The notes beneath the pieces are model-generated. The model was not told the DNA's origin. It saw only the letters and a program-made list of their open reading frames with translations, and ran no database searches. Source: a virus. Taken from it: a stretch of 64,000 nt of DNA. A program made the translations under genes and the position numbers. This document shows, in pieces, positions 34,097 through 43,475 of this stretch; positions within the stretch are counted from its first letter, which is position 1; the number at the start of each line of letters is the position of its first letter. Location of the stretch: IMG/VR virus record IMGVR_UViG_3300027749_000042; one strand, 5' to 3'.

Positions 34097-35126
34097 GTCT
34101 GAAGTTGGTAAGGTCACAGAGCAAACGGGCCCAGCAGAAATAAAGCGTGATGCTAACTTGATTTCCAGCGCACTATCCAGTGGCGTTGAGATGAAAGATA
34201 CCATAACGACTGCGAACGGGAAAACTGGTATCACATTCCAAGATGATACCAAAGTTCAGATAACGGAGCACAGCCGCCTTGTCATTGACAATTTTGTTTA
34301 CGACGGTGAAAAGAAAACTGGCAAGCTTGGCATCAAGATGGCGCTCGGCACTATCAAATATGCATCCGGGCAAATTGCTAAATCAGATCCGCAACAAGTC
34401 ATGGTGGAAACACCAACAGCAACAATCGGTGTCCGCGGAACTGATTTCTCAGGTACCGTCGATGAGATCGGTCGTTCTACTATTATTTTGCTTCCTTCTT
34501 GCCCTGCTGGTTGGCGCAATATTGAACGAGACTGCGTGGTTGGTTCCATATCTGTTACTACGGATATGGGCACTATCTGGTTAACCAAACCATTTGAGAC
34601 TGTCAATGTGCAGACCAGTATCAGTACACCAAAATCCAGCATTATGAACCTGAATTTGGATCAGATAAATAATATGCTTATCGTAGCACCAGCAAAACCT
34701 GTTGTGCGTGAGCAACCAGTTGAGCGTATCGCAAACGTACTAGACGCAGATTTACTTGGCATTGATTTTCTCAAATACAGCGAACTTGAAAAGAACTACC
34801 TTACAGAGTACAATAAACTTGATAGGAACTTTCTTGATAGTGATTACCTGTTGAACTTTCTAGACCTATCCAGTTCACAGATGCTAACTAACGAGCTTGC
34901 GGAATTCAATGCGTTGCTGCCTAAATATAATGCTTCAACAGGCCTAAAGTATTTTGTCGAGCAGGATAATGTGACGCTCTACCGCGAATCGTATAACTCA
35001 TATATGGAATTGACGGTATCAACTACGCATAACATGACATTGAATTTGACTCAGGATGGTGGTTCAGTGACGCAGATGGTAAACAGTGCTGGAACCACAA
35101 CGATAACTATAAAGCAGGGCAACTGA
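34017..35126 (+). CDS. FecR-domain exported protein
   Basis: Signal/TM, F.D.T.V.I...S.L.ID.FVYD, TPTATIGVRGTDF. Confidence 0.85.
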   Translation: MAVLTLRSFLQSLVLAILCLSSPTTTKSEVGKVTEQTGPAEIKRDANLISSALSSGVEMKDTITTANGKTGITFQDDTKVQITEHSRLVIDNFVYDGEKKTGKLGIKMALGTIKYASGQIAKSDPQQVMVETPTATIGVRGTDFSGTVDEIGRSTIILLPSCPAGWRNIERDCVVGSISVTTDMGTIWLTKPFETVNVQTSISTPKSSIMNLNLDQINNMLIVAPAKPVVREQPVERIANVLDADLLGIDFLKYSELEKNYLTEYNKLDRNFLDSDYLLNFLDLSSSQMLTNELAEFNALLPKYNASTGLKYFVEQDNVTLYRESYNSYMELTVSTTHNMTLNLTQDGGSVTQMVNSAGTTTITIKQGN

Positions 35127-35389
35127 TGAAAACATTAATCGCGCTCCTTCTAATGACAACGCCTGCTCTATCGCAGACAGTAAATAATGCAACCGTGAAC
35201 ATCATAGGATCCTTACAGAATGTTAGTATTACTCAGTCTGGTGCTAATCATAGTGCTACCCTTAGTTTCACTGGTGATAATATCTCGGCTATTATCTCTC
35301 AGTCTGGAAACACGCCTCAGTCTTTTAGTCTTAGTGTTACTTGTGGTCTCAATTGTCCCAATAGCCCTTATATCGTTAGCCAATACTGA
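35126..35389 (+). CDS. Small curlin-like protein
   Basis: Signal peptide, ITQSG/ISQSG repeats, CxxxC. Confidence 0.65.
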   Translation: MKTLIALLLMTTPALSQTVNNATVNIIGSLQNVSITQSGANHSATLSFTGDNISAIISQSGNTPQSFSLSVTCGLNCPNSPYIVSQY

Positions 35390-37446
35390 TGGAAAAGCTA
35401 GTCAAGTTTCTTACAAGCACATGGATGGTTGCTATCAGCGCCTGTCTCCTGTTGACATTGTATGTAATCAATCCCAGTCCAATACAAAAGCTACAATTGA
35501 ATACGTTCGACCTCTTCATAACTTCTCTGGAGAAGAAACAATCAGAAGAGATTGTAATTGTTAACTTTGGTGAGAAGTCGGTCGAGAAGTTTGGTCAGTG
35601 GCCATTTGACAGACGAGATATCGCAAAGACAATCAATAAACTAAAAGAGAACGGCGCTTCGGTAATCGTTGCGCCTATTCTATTCTCTGAGAAAGATAGA
35701 GCGGGAGGCGATGATGAACTGGCAAAAACTCTTGAAGGTGTTGTCCTCGCTCAAACCCCTACTACTCAAAACAGTAAGCCCGACTCGGTTCGTCGTGGGT
35801 TCGCTGCTATCGGTCCTGTTGATCCTGCTAGGGTTGTCTATCGTTGGCCTGGTGGATTACGCCCTCTTGACAAGTATGCCGAAGTTGCCTCAGGCGTTGG
35901 TGTGGTCGCAACAATCTCTGAATTGGACGGTGTGGTTCGCCGTATGCCTCTACTTGTCAATATTGCATCTGGTCTTTATCCAAGTATTCCTTTGGAAACC
36001 ATTCGTGTCGCTGCTGGAGACCCTAGCTTCCAAGTTAAGACGAACGAAGGTGGAATAGAGGCTGTAAGAGTCCCAGCTTTTCCACCAATCTCAACCGATG
36101 AAAGAGGTCGTATCTGGTTGACTTGGAATACCAAGTTTGATACGCTAGAAGCAACTGAAATAGACGCCCGCGTGAAGGACAAGATTGTTATTCTTGGTTT
36201 AACGATTGAAGGTGTTGGGGGTATTATAGCCACACCAATCGGTGAAAAATGGGCGCACGAAATTCAAGCGCAGACACTTCAAACACTGGTAGACGGAACT
36301 TCTATTTCTCGCCCCAACGTAGGAAGGCTAATAGAAGGAGCACTACTAACCACCATCCTGCTACTATTGCTCCATATAGTTCCAAGACTGACGGTAGCGT
36401 TAACGGTTCCATTCTACGCTTTCATTGTGGTTGGAGTATCAGCAGCGAGTTATTATTTATTCAAAACAGAGCTACAGCTATGGGATGCAAGCTATATTGT
36501 ATTGGCTATATCTGTTGTATATGGACACTTGGTATTCAACAATTTCGCTCGTGAGTTTAGACTAAAGCAACAAATTAAAAAGCAGTTCGGTACTTACCTT
36601 TCACCTGCACTGGTCGAGAAACTACAGAAGAACCCAGAACTATTGTGCTTGGGAGGAGAGACCCGCGAGCTATCTATTATGTTTACTGACGTTAGGGGCT
36701 TTACGACTATCTCTGAACATTACGGTAATGACGTACAGGGCCTTACGAAAATAATGAACCGTTACATGACAGCGATGACAGCTAAGATAATTCAAAACGA
36801 CGGCACACTAGATAAGTATATCGGTGACGCGCAGATGGCATTTTGGAATGCGCCACTTGATGACGCAGACCATGCGAAACACGCAGTAAAGACAGCACTG
36901 GAGATGTTAGGTGATTTGGAACGATTTAACAAAGAGATCGCCACTGAGGGTGTTCCACCCTTTGGTATGGGTCTTGGGATTAACACAGGCTCCGTTGTGG
37001 TTGGCAATATGGGTAGTAGTCAACGCTTTGATTATACTTGTCTCGGTGATACTGTCAATCTAGCCTCGCGCCTGGAAGGGCAGAGCAAGCCATATCATGT
37101 GAAGATGGTCATTGGTCCTAAGACTTATGAATATGTGAAGGATGAATATCTATGCGTGGAACTTGATTGCCTTGCCGTGAAGGGTAAGAGCGAAGGTGTG
37201 AAGATATACACCATCGTTGAAAAGATTGGTATCAATAAGGCGTATGCTCGCACACACGCAGACTTCATCAAATACTATCGCGCACAGGAATGGGACAGAC
37301 TTGAAAATTATTTTCATGTACTAGAATCCGCATTTGGTGGTGATCTAAAAGAATATTATGAAATGATGAAAGAGCGCGTGGAGGACTATAAAAAGAATCC
37401 TCTACCTAAGGATTGGGATGGCGTATTCCGTACCAACAGCAAGTAA
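35389..37446 (+). CDS. CHASE2-domain class III adenylate cyclase
   Basis: GQWPFDR...LFSEKDR..GDD (CHASE2), 3 TM, FTDVRGFT, DKYIGDAQMAFW, GINTG..VVGNMGS..RFDYT..GD.VNLASRLE. Confidence 0.95.
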   Translation: MEKLVKFLTSTWMVAISACLLLTLYVINPSPIQKLQLNTFDLFITSLEKKQSEEIVIVNFGEKSVEKFGQWPFDRRDIAKTINKLKENGASVIVAPILFSEKDRAGGDDELAKTLEGVVLAQTPTTQNSKPDSVRRGFAAIGPVDPARVVYRWPGGLRPLDKYAEVASGVGVVATISELDGVVRRMPLLVNIASGLYPSIPLETIRVAAGDPSFQVKTNEGGIEAVRVPAFPPISTDERGRIWLTWNTKFDTLEATEIDARVKDKIVILGLTIEGVGGIIATPIGEKWAHEIQAQTLQTLVDGTSISRPNVGRLIEGALLTTILLLLLHIVPRLTVALTVPFYAFIVVGVSAASYYLFKTELQLWDASYIVLAISVVYGHLVFNNFAREFRLKQQIKKQFGTYLSPALVEKLQKNPELLCLGGETRELSIMFTDVRGFTTISEHYGNDVQGLTKIMNRYMTAMTAKIIQNDGTLDKYIGDAQMAFWNAPLDDADHAKHAVKTALEMLGDLERFNKEIATEGVPPFGMGLGINTGSVVVGNMGSSQRFDYTCLGDTVNLASRLEGQSKPYHVKMVIGPKTYEYVKDEYLCVELDCLAVKGKSEGVKIYTIVEKIGINKAYARTHADFIKYYRAQEWDRLENYFHVLESAFGGDLKEYYEMMKERVEDYKKNPLPKDWDGVFRTNSK

Positions 37447-37450
37447 GATA

Positions 37451-37891
37451 TTATACTTTCTTATTTTTCTTGTCTGGCTCTTGCTTGGTATTTTGCTCTG
37501 GGTTCGCTATGGACCCGTCATCTACATTGACAGCCTCGTGGTTATGTTTGGCTGCTAGTTCTTCCGCAGCTTTCACTTGTTTGTCCGCTGCTTCTAATTC
37601 GCGCTTTTGTGCTTTGGCTGCGGTTTCAACATCGTGCAGATGGCGTTCGGATTCAATTTCTTTGCCACGCAACTGGAGAACAATATTGATTTTCTGGTTC
37701 AAACGGATAAGGTCATTGTCGAGCATACGAATGCGGTCGATCAAAGCAATAAGAACGGTGCTTGCTTCACTTGTGACTGGTTTGATTTCTTTGGTTGCCC
37801 ATGTCCATACATAGTAAATCATGTACCCCATGCCACCAGCAGCGACAATAGGAAAGCCATATTTGTTAATTAGATCAGCAATACCATCCAT
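37451..37891 (-). CDS. Small membrane/coiled-coil protein (YvrJ-like GFPI motif)
   Basis: GFPIVAAGGMGYMIYYVW TM plus coiled coil. Confidence 0.75.
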   Translation of the reverse strand: MDGIADLINKYGFPIVAAGGMGYMIYYVWTWATKEIKPVTSEASTVLIALIDRIRMLDNDLIRLNQKINIVLQLRGKEIESERHLHDVETAAKAQKRELEAADKQVKAAEELAAKHNHEAVNVDDGSIANPEQNTKQEPDKKNKKV

Positions 37892-37896
37892 GTTTA

Positions 37897-39372
37897 TTAC
37901 CTTTCGTAAACCTCATTGCCTATGACAAGCATATCAATGGCATTTGTTTCATATTCATAAAGAGCATTTGCAGAAAATGCTGCAATTGGATTTCCAGCGT
38001 TATTCAAACTCGTATTTAGAAGAACTGGACAATTAGTTAGCTCATAAAATTTTTCAAGCAATTGCCGAAATTGCCCAGTTGTTACGGTTTGAAATCTGCA
38101 AGTACCATCAACATGTGTTATTGATGATAGATTATCTTTCTGTACTTTACCCACATATAGCATATAAGGATTTTCATAATCCACATCAAAATACTCTTTT
38201 GCAAATTCTGCTAATATGGAAGAACCAAATGGTCTAAAAGATTCTCGATTCTTTACCCGATTGATTTTGTCTTTGCCATTTACAATTCTAGGATCCATAA
38301 GTATGGATCTGTTACCCAATGCTCTAGGTCCAATCTCTCCATTACCCTGATACCAAGCAACTATTTTACCATTGGCTAAAGCATTTACAACTCTATCTAA
38401 TTGTAAGCATTCGGATGGAGGAGATTCGTCTGATTGGCAAAAAGGAAAATTGCTCATACTTAACCTAGGTAGATTATGTTTTCTGCGTAGAAATTCCATG
38501 CCACCCAAAGATAAACCTTCATCGCCAGAATACGGCATCACTACAAGATTTGGATATTTTTCTTTGAGTTTGGAATTCCATATCACATTCTGAGCGACAC
38601 CACCACTATAACCTATTCGTTCATTCGGTTTAGCGTATTTTTCAAATAGCTCTAAAACCATTTCTCCATATCGTTCATGGACAGTTCTTAACCAATTTAA
38701 TTTTTTGGTATATCCTTCAAAAGTATACATCACAGGATTTATATTATAGATATCGTATTTTCTTAATAGCTTCAATAGTTCATTATCAATGTTACCATAA
38801 GATTGTGCTCCCATTAACTTACCAGCCAAATCTATATCGTCGCCTTTTATATTTAACTTATGACCTATGTGTGTTAAACTGAAACCTATAGACCCAGCTA
38901 TATCTATATAACCACAATCAAGAAACTGTTCTCCACGATATACGGACCAACTCTTCAATGATCCTTTACCATCTATATTAATGCTGATATCAACGTCTTC
39001 TAAAAGAGAAACACTAAGAGCGTGTGCGTAATGATGGTCTATAAATTTTGTTCCGTCGGTAGATTCACAATATATGTGCTTTATTAGATTTTTAAAATTT
39101 GATTGCGGCTCAACTGTATTAGAGTCAGCAGAAACAAAAATTACATCATCAACATCGTCTCTACTAACACCCCATATTTTTTTTGTTATATCATCACAAT
39201 CGTTAACAGATAATTTGTGGTGTTTTATCTGAAACATTCTTTCGCTTTTAAAATAACGAATAGTTTTTCCATCAAAATAGCTGATATTCGAATCATGTGC
39301 AGCATAACGTCTAATAGTAGGTGGTGGTGTTTCGTACGGCCAAACATGATATGACAAAAATTTCACGATCAA
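37897..39372 (-). CDS. Carbamoyltransferase (NodU/CmcH family)
   Basis: HDS, DHHYAHA, DG.G, GKLMG, GGVAQN, GPRALGNRSIL, KNRE.FRPF, THVDGT.R.Q, LNTSLN. Confidence 0.95.
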   Translation of the reverse strand: MIVKFLSYHVWPYETPPPTIRRYAAHDSNISYFDGKTIRYFKSERMFQIKHHKLSVNDCDDITKKIWGVSRDDVDDVIFVSADSNTVEPQSNFKNLIKHIYCESTDGTKFIDHHYAHALSVSLLEDVDISINIDGKGSLKSWSVYRGEQFLDCGYIDIAGSIGFSLTHIGHKLNIKGDDIDLAGKLMGAQSYGNIDNELLKLLRKYDIYNINPVMYTFEGYTKKLNWLRTVHERYGEMVLELFEKYAKPNERIGYSGGVAQNVIWNSKLKEKYPNLVVMPYSGDEGLSLGGMEFLRRKHNLPRLSMSNFPFCQSDESPPSECLQLDRVVNALANGKIVAWYQGNGEIGPRALGNRSILMDPRIVNGKDKINRVKNRESFRPFGSSILAEFAKEYFDVDYENPYMLYVGKVQKDNLSSITHVDGTCRFQTVTTGQFRQLLEKFYELTNCPVLLNTSLNNAGNPIAAFSANALYEYETNAIDMLVIGNEVYER

Positions 39373-39489
39373 CTCTCCCTAAAAATTTTTTGCGCCAAGC
39401 TTTTATTTTTGGTTATCAAAAATACCCAATCATTTAGAAGTACGGTATAATATGATATACCGTTTCTGGTTCTTTCTATCACTTCAATC

Positions 39490-39771
39490 TTAATCCCTTC
39501 GTGCGTCATTCTTACCATCCGCTCTTGCGATACGATCCACATCTGGCTTCACACCAAGAGCATTCGAAACCAAAGTGTCAATACGAATAACATCGTGGTT
39601 CATTGTCTTTACTCGATTGTCCAGCGCGGTGATGATGCCAGATAGACCCTTGACACTGGACATAACACCTGCTAGAATGAATTTCATTGTGAGGAATACG
39701 AAGTAGCCACCCGCACACGCAGCCGCGATAGGAAAGCCAACTTCTGCAACTAATTTGAACCATTGATCCAT
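39490..39771 (-). CDS. Small membrane/coiled-coil protein, paralog of 37451-37891
   Basis: GFPIAAACAGGYFVF TM; ALDNRVKTMNHDVIRI. Confidence 0.75.
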   Translation of the reverse strand: MDQWFKLVAEVGFPIAAACAGGYFVFLTMKFILAGVMSSVKGLSGIITALDNRVKTMNHDVIRIDTLVSNALGVKPDVDRIARADGKNDARRD

Positions 39772-39789
39772 GATTTTCTCCTTTACGCT

Positions 39790-39801
39790 TATTTATAAAT
39801 A
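39790..39801. promoter_or_regulatory. Bidirectional late promoter
   Basis: TATTTATAAATA = overlapping TATAAATA on both strands between divergent genes. Confidence 0.75.
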
Positions 39802-39828
39802 GAATATAACCAAGAGAGAACCTTCACT

Positions 39829-40062
39829 ATGCCCATGTACAGTATTGAAAACACCCAGACCAACGAGATTACCAGCGAGTTCATGTCATACTCCGCACTG
39901 GAAAATCATCTCGCAGAAAATCCCCACCTTCGTCAAGCTCTATCTGCGCCACCAATCGTGTCAGGCGTAATCTCATCCCGCAATAAACCCGACTCGGGCT
40001 TCAATGATATCCTCAAGACAATCAAAAAGAAGCACCCTAGAAGTACGGTAAATGTTTGGTAG
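39829..40062 (+). CDS. FmdB-like small conserved T4-like protein
   Basis: MP.Y...N..T.E, ENPHL.Q, PDSGF.D.L..IK. Confidence 0.75.
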   Translation: MPMYSIENTQTNEITSEFMSYSALENHLAENPHLRQALSAPPIVSGVISSRNKPDSGFNDILKTIKKKHPRSTVNVW

Positions 40063-40102
40063 CACGTTCGTTATGTTCCTGTAACATCCAACGGAGAATT
40101 AT

Positions 40103-40891
40103 ATGTCCCTAGTCGCTGAGGTGGTTAACGAGAAGTTCCTAGAGCAAGAGGCAGATAAGTACATTACAAGACGAGGTAGAAAAGAAAAAAAGCGAAAGAC
40201 AAAAGCATACGGCCAACCGTCGTTTGTACCACCACCGCGATTGAAATCAATTATACCAAAGACAGAAGCACAGCGTAAAGTGTTCGAGGCATATGATGCA
40301 GGCAAGAATATGATCCTGCACGGTGTCGCTGGTTCTGGTAAGACATTCCTTTCTCTATATCTCGCACTCTATTCGGTATTATCTGGTGAAGCTCCAAAGC
40401 CTATCGTTATCATTCGCAGCGTAGTACCATCGCGTGACATTGGATTTCTTCCAGGTAGCGCGAAAGAAAAGGCCGCAGTTTATGAAGCACCTTACTCAGC
40501 AATATGTGCTGAACTAGTTGACAAGCCAAATCCATATGAGTGGTTCAAAACAAATCACTACATTGAATTTTGCACCACTTCATTTCTTCGCGGTATCACA
40601 TACAAGAATAGCATCATCATCGTGGATGAATGCCAGAATATGAGTGATGCTGAATTGAATACCATTATGACTCGTGTTGGTGAAGGTTGTCGTATCATTT
40701 TATGTGGCGACTTCAATCAAAAGGACTACATGCGCGAGGGATCTGGCATGCCAAATCTTTTGAAGATTGCAGACCACATGAAGTCCTTTGAAATTGTAAA
40801 GTTTGAGAAAGGTGATATCGTCCGCTCGGGCTTCGTGAAAGACTATATAATTACACGAATCAATCTGGAAGAGCGAGGCATCATAAATTGA
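40103..40891 (+). CDS. phoH: PhoH-like ATPase
   Basis: G.AGSGKT, IGFLPG, FLRG.T, DECQN, DIVRSG. Confidence 0.95.
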   Translation: MSLVAEVVNEKFLEQEADKYITRRGRKEKKRKTKAYGQPSFVPPPRLKSIIPKTEAQRKVFEAYDAGKNMILHGVAGSGKTFLSLYLALYSVLSGEAPKPIVIIRSVVPSRDIGFLPGSAKEKAAVYEAPYSAICAELVDKPNPYEWFKTNHYIEFCTTSFLRGITYKNSIIIVDECQNMSDAELNTIMTRVGEGCRIILCGDFNQKDYMREGSGMPNLLKIADHMKSFEIVKFEKGDIVRSGFVKDYIITRINLEERGIIN

Positions 40892-41580
40892 AATTTGACT
40901 TTGATATGCACATAGATTTGCCAAAAGCAAAGCAAATCAACACAGACCTTGGGCGTCGGTATTCGACGCCTGAGGCTAACGTCTACCCATCCATCACAAC
41001 TGTCCTTTCTTCTCAGCCAGAAAAGAAAAAGTCCATCGCAGAGTGGCGCTCTCGCGTGGGCGCGAACGAGGCTAACAAAATTAGCCAGGGAGCTGCTAAG
41101 CGTGGCACTCAACTCCACCACATTATGGAAAAATATATCCTTGGTGATGATTTGAATCTGGCTAAAGAGATGCCAGCGACTGTTGAAAGATTCCGCAAGG
41201 TGCAGAAATGCGTTGACACCAATCTCCAGTTGGTGTATGCTACAGAATCAGCAATGTATTCCGACATTCTTCGCATTGCTGGCACAGCCGATCTTATCTG
41301 CGAATGGAATGGTAAGCCAACTGTGGTTGATTTCAAAACATCAATACGCCAAAAAAAGCGTGACCAAATCCACGATTATTTTCTACAGGCCACAGCCTAC
41401 TCCATCATGTTCGAGGAGCACACTGGCATCCGTACGCTGGACTTTGCCATTCTGATTGTATCAGACGAAGGCGATTTTGATGTGTTTGAAGGCAAGCGAA
41501 ATGATTATGTGGCTGATTTGGTTCGTGTGCGCGATGGCTACGAGCGTAGGCTCAAAGCCAGTTTGTCGGAGTTCGCATGA
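40888..41580 (+). CDS. PD-(D/E)XK exonuclease
   Basis: YPSITTVL, RGT..H, AGTAD, DFKTS, YFLQ..AY. Confidence 0.9.
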   Translation: MKFDFDMHIDLPKAKQINTDLGRRYSTPEANVYPSITTVLSSQPEKKKSIAEWRSRVGANEANKISQGAAKRGTQLHHIMEKYILGDDLNLAKEMPATVERFRKVQKCVDTNLQLVYATESAMYSDILRIAGTADLICEWNGKPTVVDFKTSIRQKKRDQIHDYFLQATAYSIMFEEHTGIRTLDFAILIVSDEGDFDVFEGKRNDYVADLVRVRDGYERRLKASLSEFA

Positions 41581-41676
41581 GTGAGCATTTTACCTCGTTC
41601 ATGTTTATGTACTGGGATTGCCCACGCTATATCTGTATCAACAATTGGTCAGAGTCATCAGCCAGAAATTATCTAC

Positions 41677-41710
41677 TTGACAAACACCCTCTTTCCATGT
41701 ATTATAAATA
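41677..41710 (+). promoter_or_regulatory. Overlapping early and late promoter for tmRNA
   Basis: TTGACA-17nt-TATTAT overlapping TATAAATA. Confidence 0.75.
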
Positions 41711-41713
41711 ATA

Positions 41714-42034
41714 CGCTAAGGTTGTTGAGACGTTCGGAATAAACCATTTGGACTCGGGGGCAGTACCCGACGCCTCCACCATGGATACACTAATAAAGAC
41801 GATCCTTTATAAGAGTTCTACCGCCAAACAAGTTCTAAAGCATGAAGAGATAAATGCTCCAGCTTGTTGTGTAGATTAGTGTATCTTTGATGGGGGCGAT
41901 ATAGGTTCGACAGATAGTAGTAAAGGCACGAGTAGACCAAGGCGCGTTTTAGATGCTAACGATAATACACCTATCTCTTACGCTCTAGCAGCGTAAGTAT
42001 GCGTTCGGGGGGAACGTGGAAACAGAATCCCCCC
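41714..42034 (+). ncRNA. ssrA: Circularly permuted (two-piece) tmRNA
   Basis: Acceptor piece ...GGGGGCAGTACCCGACGCCTCCACCA (ends 41781) precedes GGGGGCG (41892); G3:U70; tag ANDNTPISYALAA* at 41955-41996. Confidence 0.92.
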
Positions 42035-42061
42035 ACTAACACTATTAGAGAGGTGAAAATT

Positions 42062-42286
42062 ATGAACGACGATAAGATGCTCCGCTTCAATATTCTTCAG
42101 ATGGCTCAGTCCATGTGTGACCAAGAGTTTCTCTTCGCGAGCGAGCGCACAGGCGAGACACAGACTAAATTTCCCACAGCACAAGACGTTATCAAGAAGG
42201 CCGAAACGCTTATGACGTTTATCAATGCACCTGCACCGATCGGTGAGCAGGTTCGTGGTTCGGCTGAGCTTCTAAACGAGGCTTGA
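42062..42286 (+). CDS. Hypothetical protein
   Basis: LR..IL.MA...FPT..DVI.KA motif; GAGG RBS. Confidence 0.7.
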   Translation: MNDDKMLRFNILQMAQSMCDQEFLFASERTGETQTKFPTAQDVIKKAETLMTFINAPAPIGEQVRGSAELLNEA

Positions 42287-42293
42287 TTTTTAT

Positions 42294-42369
42294 TCGGGGT
42301 TAGTTCAATTGGTAGAACTACGGACTTTGAATCCGTGTGTTGGTGGTTCGAGCCCATCACCCCGAGCCA
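42294..42369 (+). tRNA. tRNA-Gln(TTG)
   Basis: TCGGGGT/ACCCCGA, loop CTTTGAA, GCCA. Confidence 0.93.
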
Positions 42370-42384
42370 ATTTTGGAGAATGAT

Positions 42385-42591
42385 ATGGAAGTGGAACGCA
42401 GCTATAAGCTTATGATTGGCCCAGCAGAATTGGCCACTCTGACAGAATGGATCAAAGATATGGATCCTCAGCCACACAAGATTACTCTTATCGGTGGTAG
42501 CACCGGTATTGGTTTCTGTCTTCGCGCAGAAATTGAAACATCCGAAGGCGAAGGTCTTTGGAAAGATATCACAGACTATGAGAACTGGTGA
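42385..42591 (+). CDS. Hypothetical protein
   Basis: TGIG...DITDYENW motif. Confidence 0.7.
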   Translation: MEVERSYKLMIGPAELATLTEWIKDMDPQPHKITLIGGSTGIGFCLRAEIETSEGEGLWKDITDYENW

Positions 42592-42594
42592 AAC

Positions 42595-43305
42595 ATGAAA
42601 GTCAAGATTGGACCATATCTAACCTGGTACGGACCGTATCAAATTACAGATTACATTTTCTTCTGGACTAAGCGGCATCAGAGTGACGATGAAGATATGC
42701 GTTGGGATTATCGTCTCAAGGATAAGTTTGGTGATTGGCTTGCTGATACTTGGTTCGGTACTTTTTGTAATTGGATTCACGAAAAGCGCAAGCGTACAAT
42801 CAGCGTAAAGATTGCGCCATATGATACTTGGTCAATGGATCACACTCTCTCACTTATCATTCATCCTATGCTTGTACAGTTGAGAGATACCAAACACGGT
42901 GCTCCTTTCACCGATGACGAGGATGTGCCTGAACATCTGCGTTCAACTAATGCTCCTCCCAAGAAAGATGAATGGGATACCGACGATCTTTTCTTTGATC
43001 GGTGGAACTGGATCCTTGATGAAATGATCTGGGCTTTCTATCAGGAAGCAAACGATGATCCCGATGCACCGCCGTTTCCTGAACTTGGTAGAAGCATTGT
43101 CAAGAAGATGGATCAGGAAGTCTTTACCGACATGCTTGTTCCACCAGAAGACGAGCAAGGTAACTGCTTTACCGACATGCTTGTTCCACCAGAAGACGAG
43201 CAAGGTAACTGGGAAAAGTATCGTGCCGAAAATGATATCTTCGAAGAGCGTAAGCGAAACGCATTCAAGCTTTTCGGAAAATACTATCGCTCACTATGGG
43301 ATTAA
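42595..43305 (+). CDS. Conserved phage hypothetical protein
   Basis: YDTWSMDHTL, W..ILDEMIWAF, LFGKYY..LWD. Confidence 0.8.
   Translation: MKVKIGPYLTWYGPYQITDYIFFWTKRHQSDDEDMRWDYRLKDKFGDWLADTWFGTFCNWIHEKRKRTISVKIAPYDTWSMDHTLSLIIHPMLVQLRDTKHGAPFTDDEDVPEHLRSTNAPPKKDEWDTDDLFFDRWNWILDEMIWAFYQEANDDPDAPPFPELGRSIVKKMDQEVFTDMLVPPEDEQGNCFTDMLVPPEDEQGNWEKYRAENDIFEERKRNAFKLFGKYYRSLWD
43122..43211 (+). repeat. Exact 45-nt tandem duplication
   Basis: CTTTACCGACATG...GGTAACTG twice (43122-43166, 43167-43211). Confidence 0.95.
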
Positions 43306-43475
43306 GCCATGTCAGATAGCAACTATTCAGTAGACACTTTGAAGAAAGCAGCCTTCGTAGACGAATTGAATAATGTGCTAATCTCAATGAGCGATAATGA
43401 TCCACAGAAGCGATGGATCATTTCATATCTCAATGAACGAATAAAAGAGATCGACGCTAGATATAAGGATCGGTA

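Noticed and set aside
40888-41580. Cas4 / CRISPR system
   Set aside because: No Fe-S cysteines, no repeat-spacer array and no other cas genes; this is the common T4-like exonuclease beside phoH
41978-42061. ORF starts at 41999 (+) and ORF 41978-42184 (-)
   Set aside because: They overlap the tmRNA 3' region; the real gene starts at 42062 with a GAGG RBS
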